In this document: in pieces, positions 43,426 to 43,919 of the stretch
How the letters are laid out: each line of letters starts with the position of its first letter
Numbering within the stretch: position 1 is the first letter of the stretch
DNA from: a virus
Taxonomy: Duplodnaviria; Caudoviricetes
Virus record (IMG/VR): IMGVR_UViG_3300050330_000111
Span: 1-43,919 of that record
DNA: 43,919 nucleotides
Strand: one strand, 5' to 3'
Made by a program: the position numbers and the translations under genes
The notes under the pieces: model-generated
What the model saw: the letters and a program-made list of their open reading frames with translations, nothing else
Databases searched by the model: none
Told to the model about the DNA's origin: nothing

Positions 43426-43919
43426 TGGCAAAGAAAAAGCTCAGCGAGACCACAGCGACCGACGGCGCCGTCATGTCGATCAAGGGCTTTGACAGCAACC
43501 TGCAGTGTCGCGGGTTTCAGTTTGAGGTTGGCAAGACCTATTCCGTAAGCGGCAAGATTTCCGCTTGCGAGAACGGTTTCCACGCCTGCCCCGTCGAAGA
43601 ACATCCGCTCTCGGTTTTCGAATTCTATTCTCCTGCTGGGTCGCGTTTCGGCGAGGTCACGCAATCCGGTGATCGCGACCGTGAAGGCACCAAGCTCGCA
43701 TCAGCAACGATCACGATCGGTGTCGAGATCACGCTCAGCGATCTGATCGAGCGCGCGGTGAAGTGGGTCTTCGACCGCGCGGACTGGAAAAACGCCGAGA
43801 AGGTCACCGGCGAAAACGAAGGCGCCACCGCCAGCGGCGACCAGGGCGCGGCCACCGCCAGCGGCTACCAGGGCGCGGCCACCGCCAGCGGCGACCAGGG
43901 CGCGGCCACCGCCAGCGGC
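43425..43919 (+). CDS. DUF7666-like phage protein with 9-aa repeats (truncated by window end)
   Basis: Translated by hand: KGFDSNLQCRGFQFEVGKTY...ACENGFHAC...P..VF.FY....SRF.EV then ATASGDQGA repeats. Confidence 0.85.
   Translation, partial: MAKKKLSETTATDGAVMSIKGFDSNLQCRGFQFEVGKTYSVSGKISACENGFHACPVEEHPLSVFEFYSPAGSRFGEVTQSGDRDREGTKLASATITIGVEITLSDLIERAVKWVFDRADWKNAEKVTGENEGATASGDQGAATASGYQGAATASGDQGAATASG
43824..43919 (+). repeat. 27-bp coding tandem repeat (about 3.5 copies visible)
   Basis: GCCACCGCCAGCGGC(G/T)ACCAGGGCGCG repeated. Confidence 0.9.

Larger units (their letters stand above)
1..43919. mobile_element. Temperate phage/prophage with lambda-like head and P2-like contractile tail; both ends extend beyond or are not defined in the window
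   Basis: Contiguous lysis, tail, head, packaging, replication and cI/cro modules; no host housekeeping genes; no integrase or att site visible. Confidence 0.96.

Noticed and set aside
1-43919. tRNA, rRNA, integrase, att sites, IS elements
   Set aside because: None recognised by eye; tRNAscan/Infernal and flanking sequence are needed to exclude them

Overview
High-GC temperate phage or prophage covering the whole window; the host is probably an alphaproteobacterium (inferred from GapR-like, DUF6362-like and rhizobial-type small genes). From 41556 down to 1, almost everything is on the minus strand. First comes an early-right operon: Cro, second HTH, GapR-like, RuvC-like, SNF2-like/DNA-methyltransferase fusion, DnaB-N/RepA-type helicase, HerA-like ATPase, DUF6362-like and Lar-like genes. 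An accessory patch (27.8-30.3 kb) is followed by a lambda-like cos site and a lambda-type head (TerS, GpA, portal, gpW, S49 with nested scaffold, decoration, capsid E). Next is a P2-type contractile tail (V, W, J, I, fibre module, sheath, tube, frameshifted chaperone, tape measure, U, X, D) and a lysis block with two wall hydrolases and overlapped spanins. On the plus strand at the right end are cI, an exported protein and the start of the early-left operon. No integrase, primase, tRNA, rRNA or CRISPR was seen. The most unusual signals are: (1) a ~95-aa domain shared by the head decoration protein and the tail sheath, nested inside itself in the sheath; (2) two GGGACA arrays about 14.5 kb apart, suggesting a bipartite origin; (3) a cos whose 12-mer matches lambda's but is inverted relative to cosQ and terminase; (4) several hidden micro-ORFs. 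All family calls come from motif reading, not database searches.
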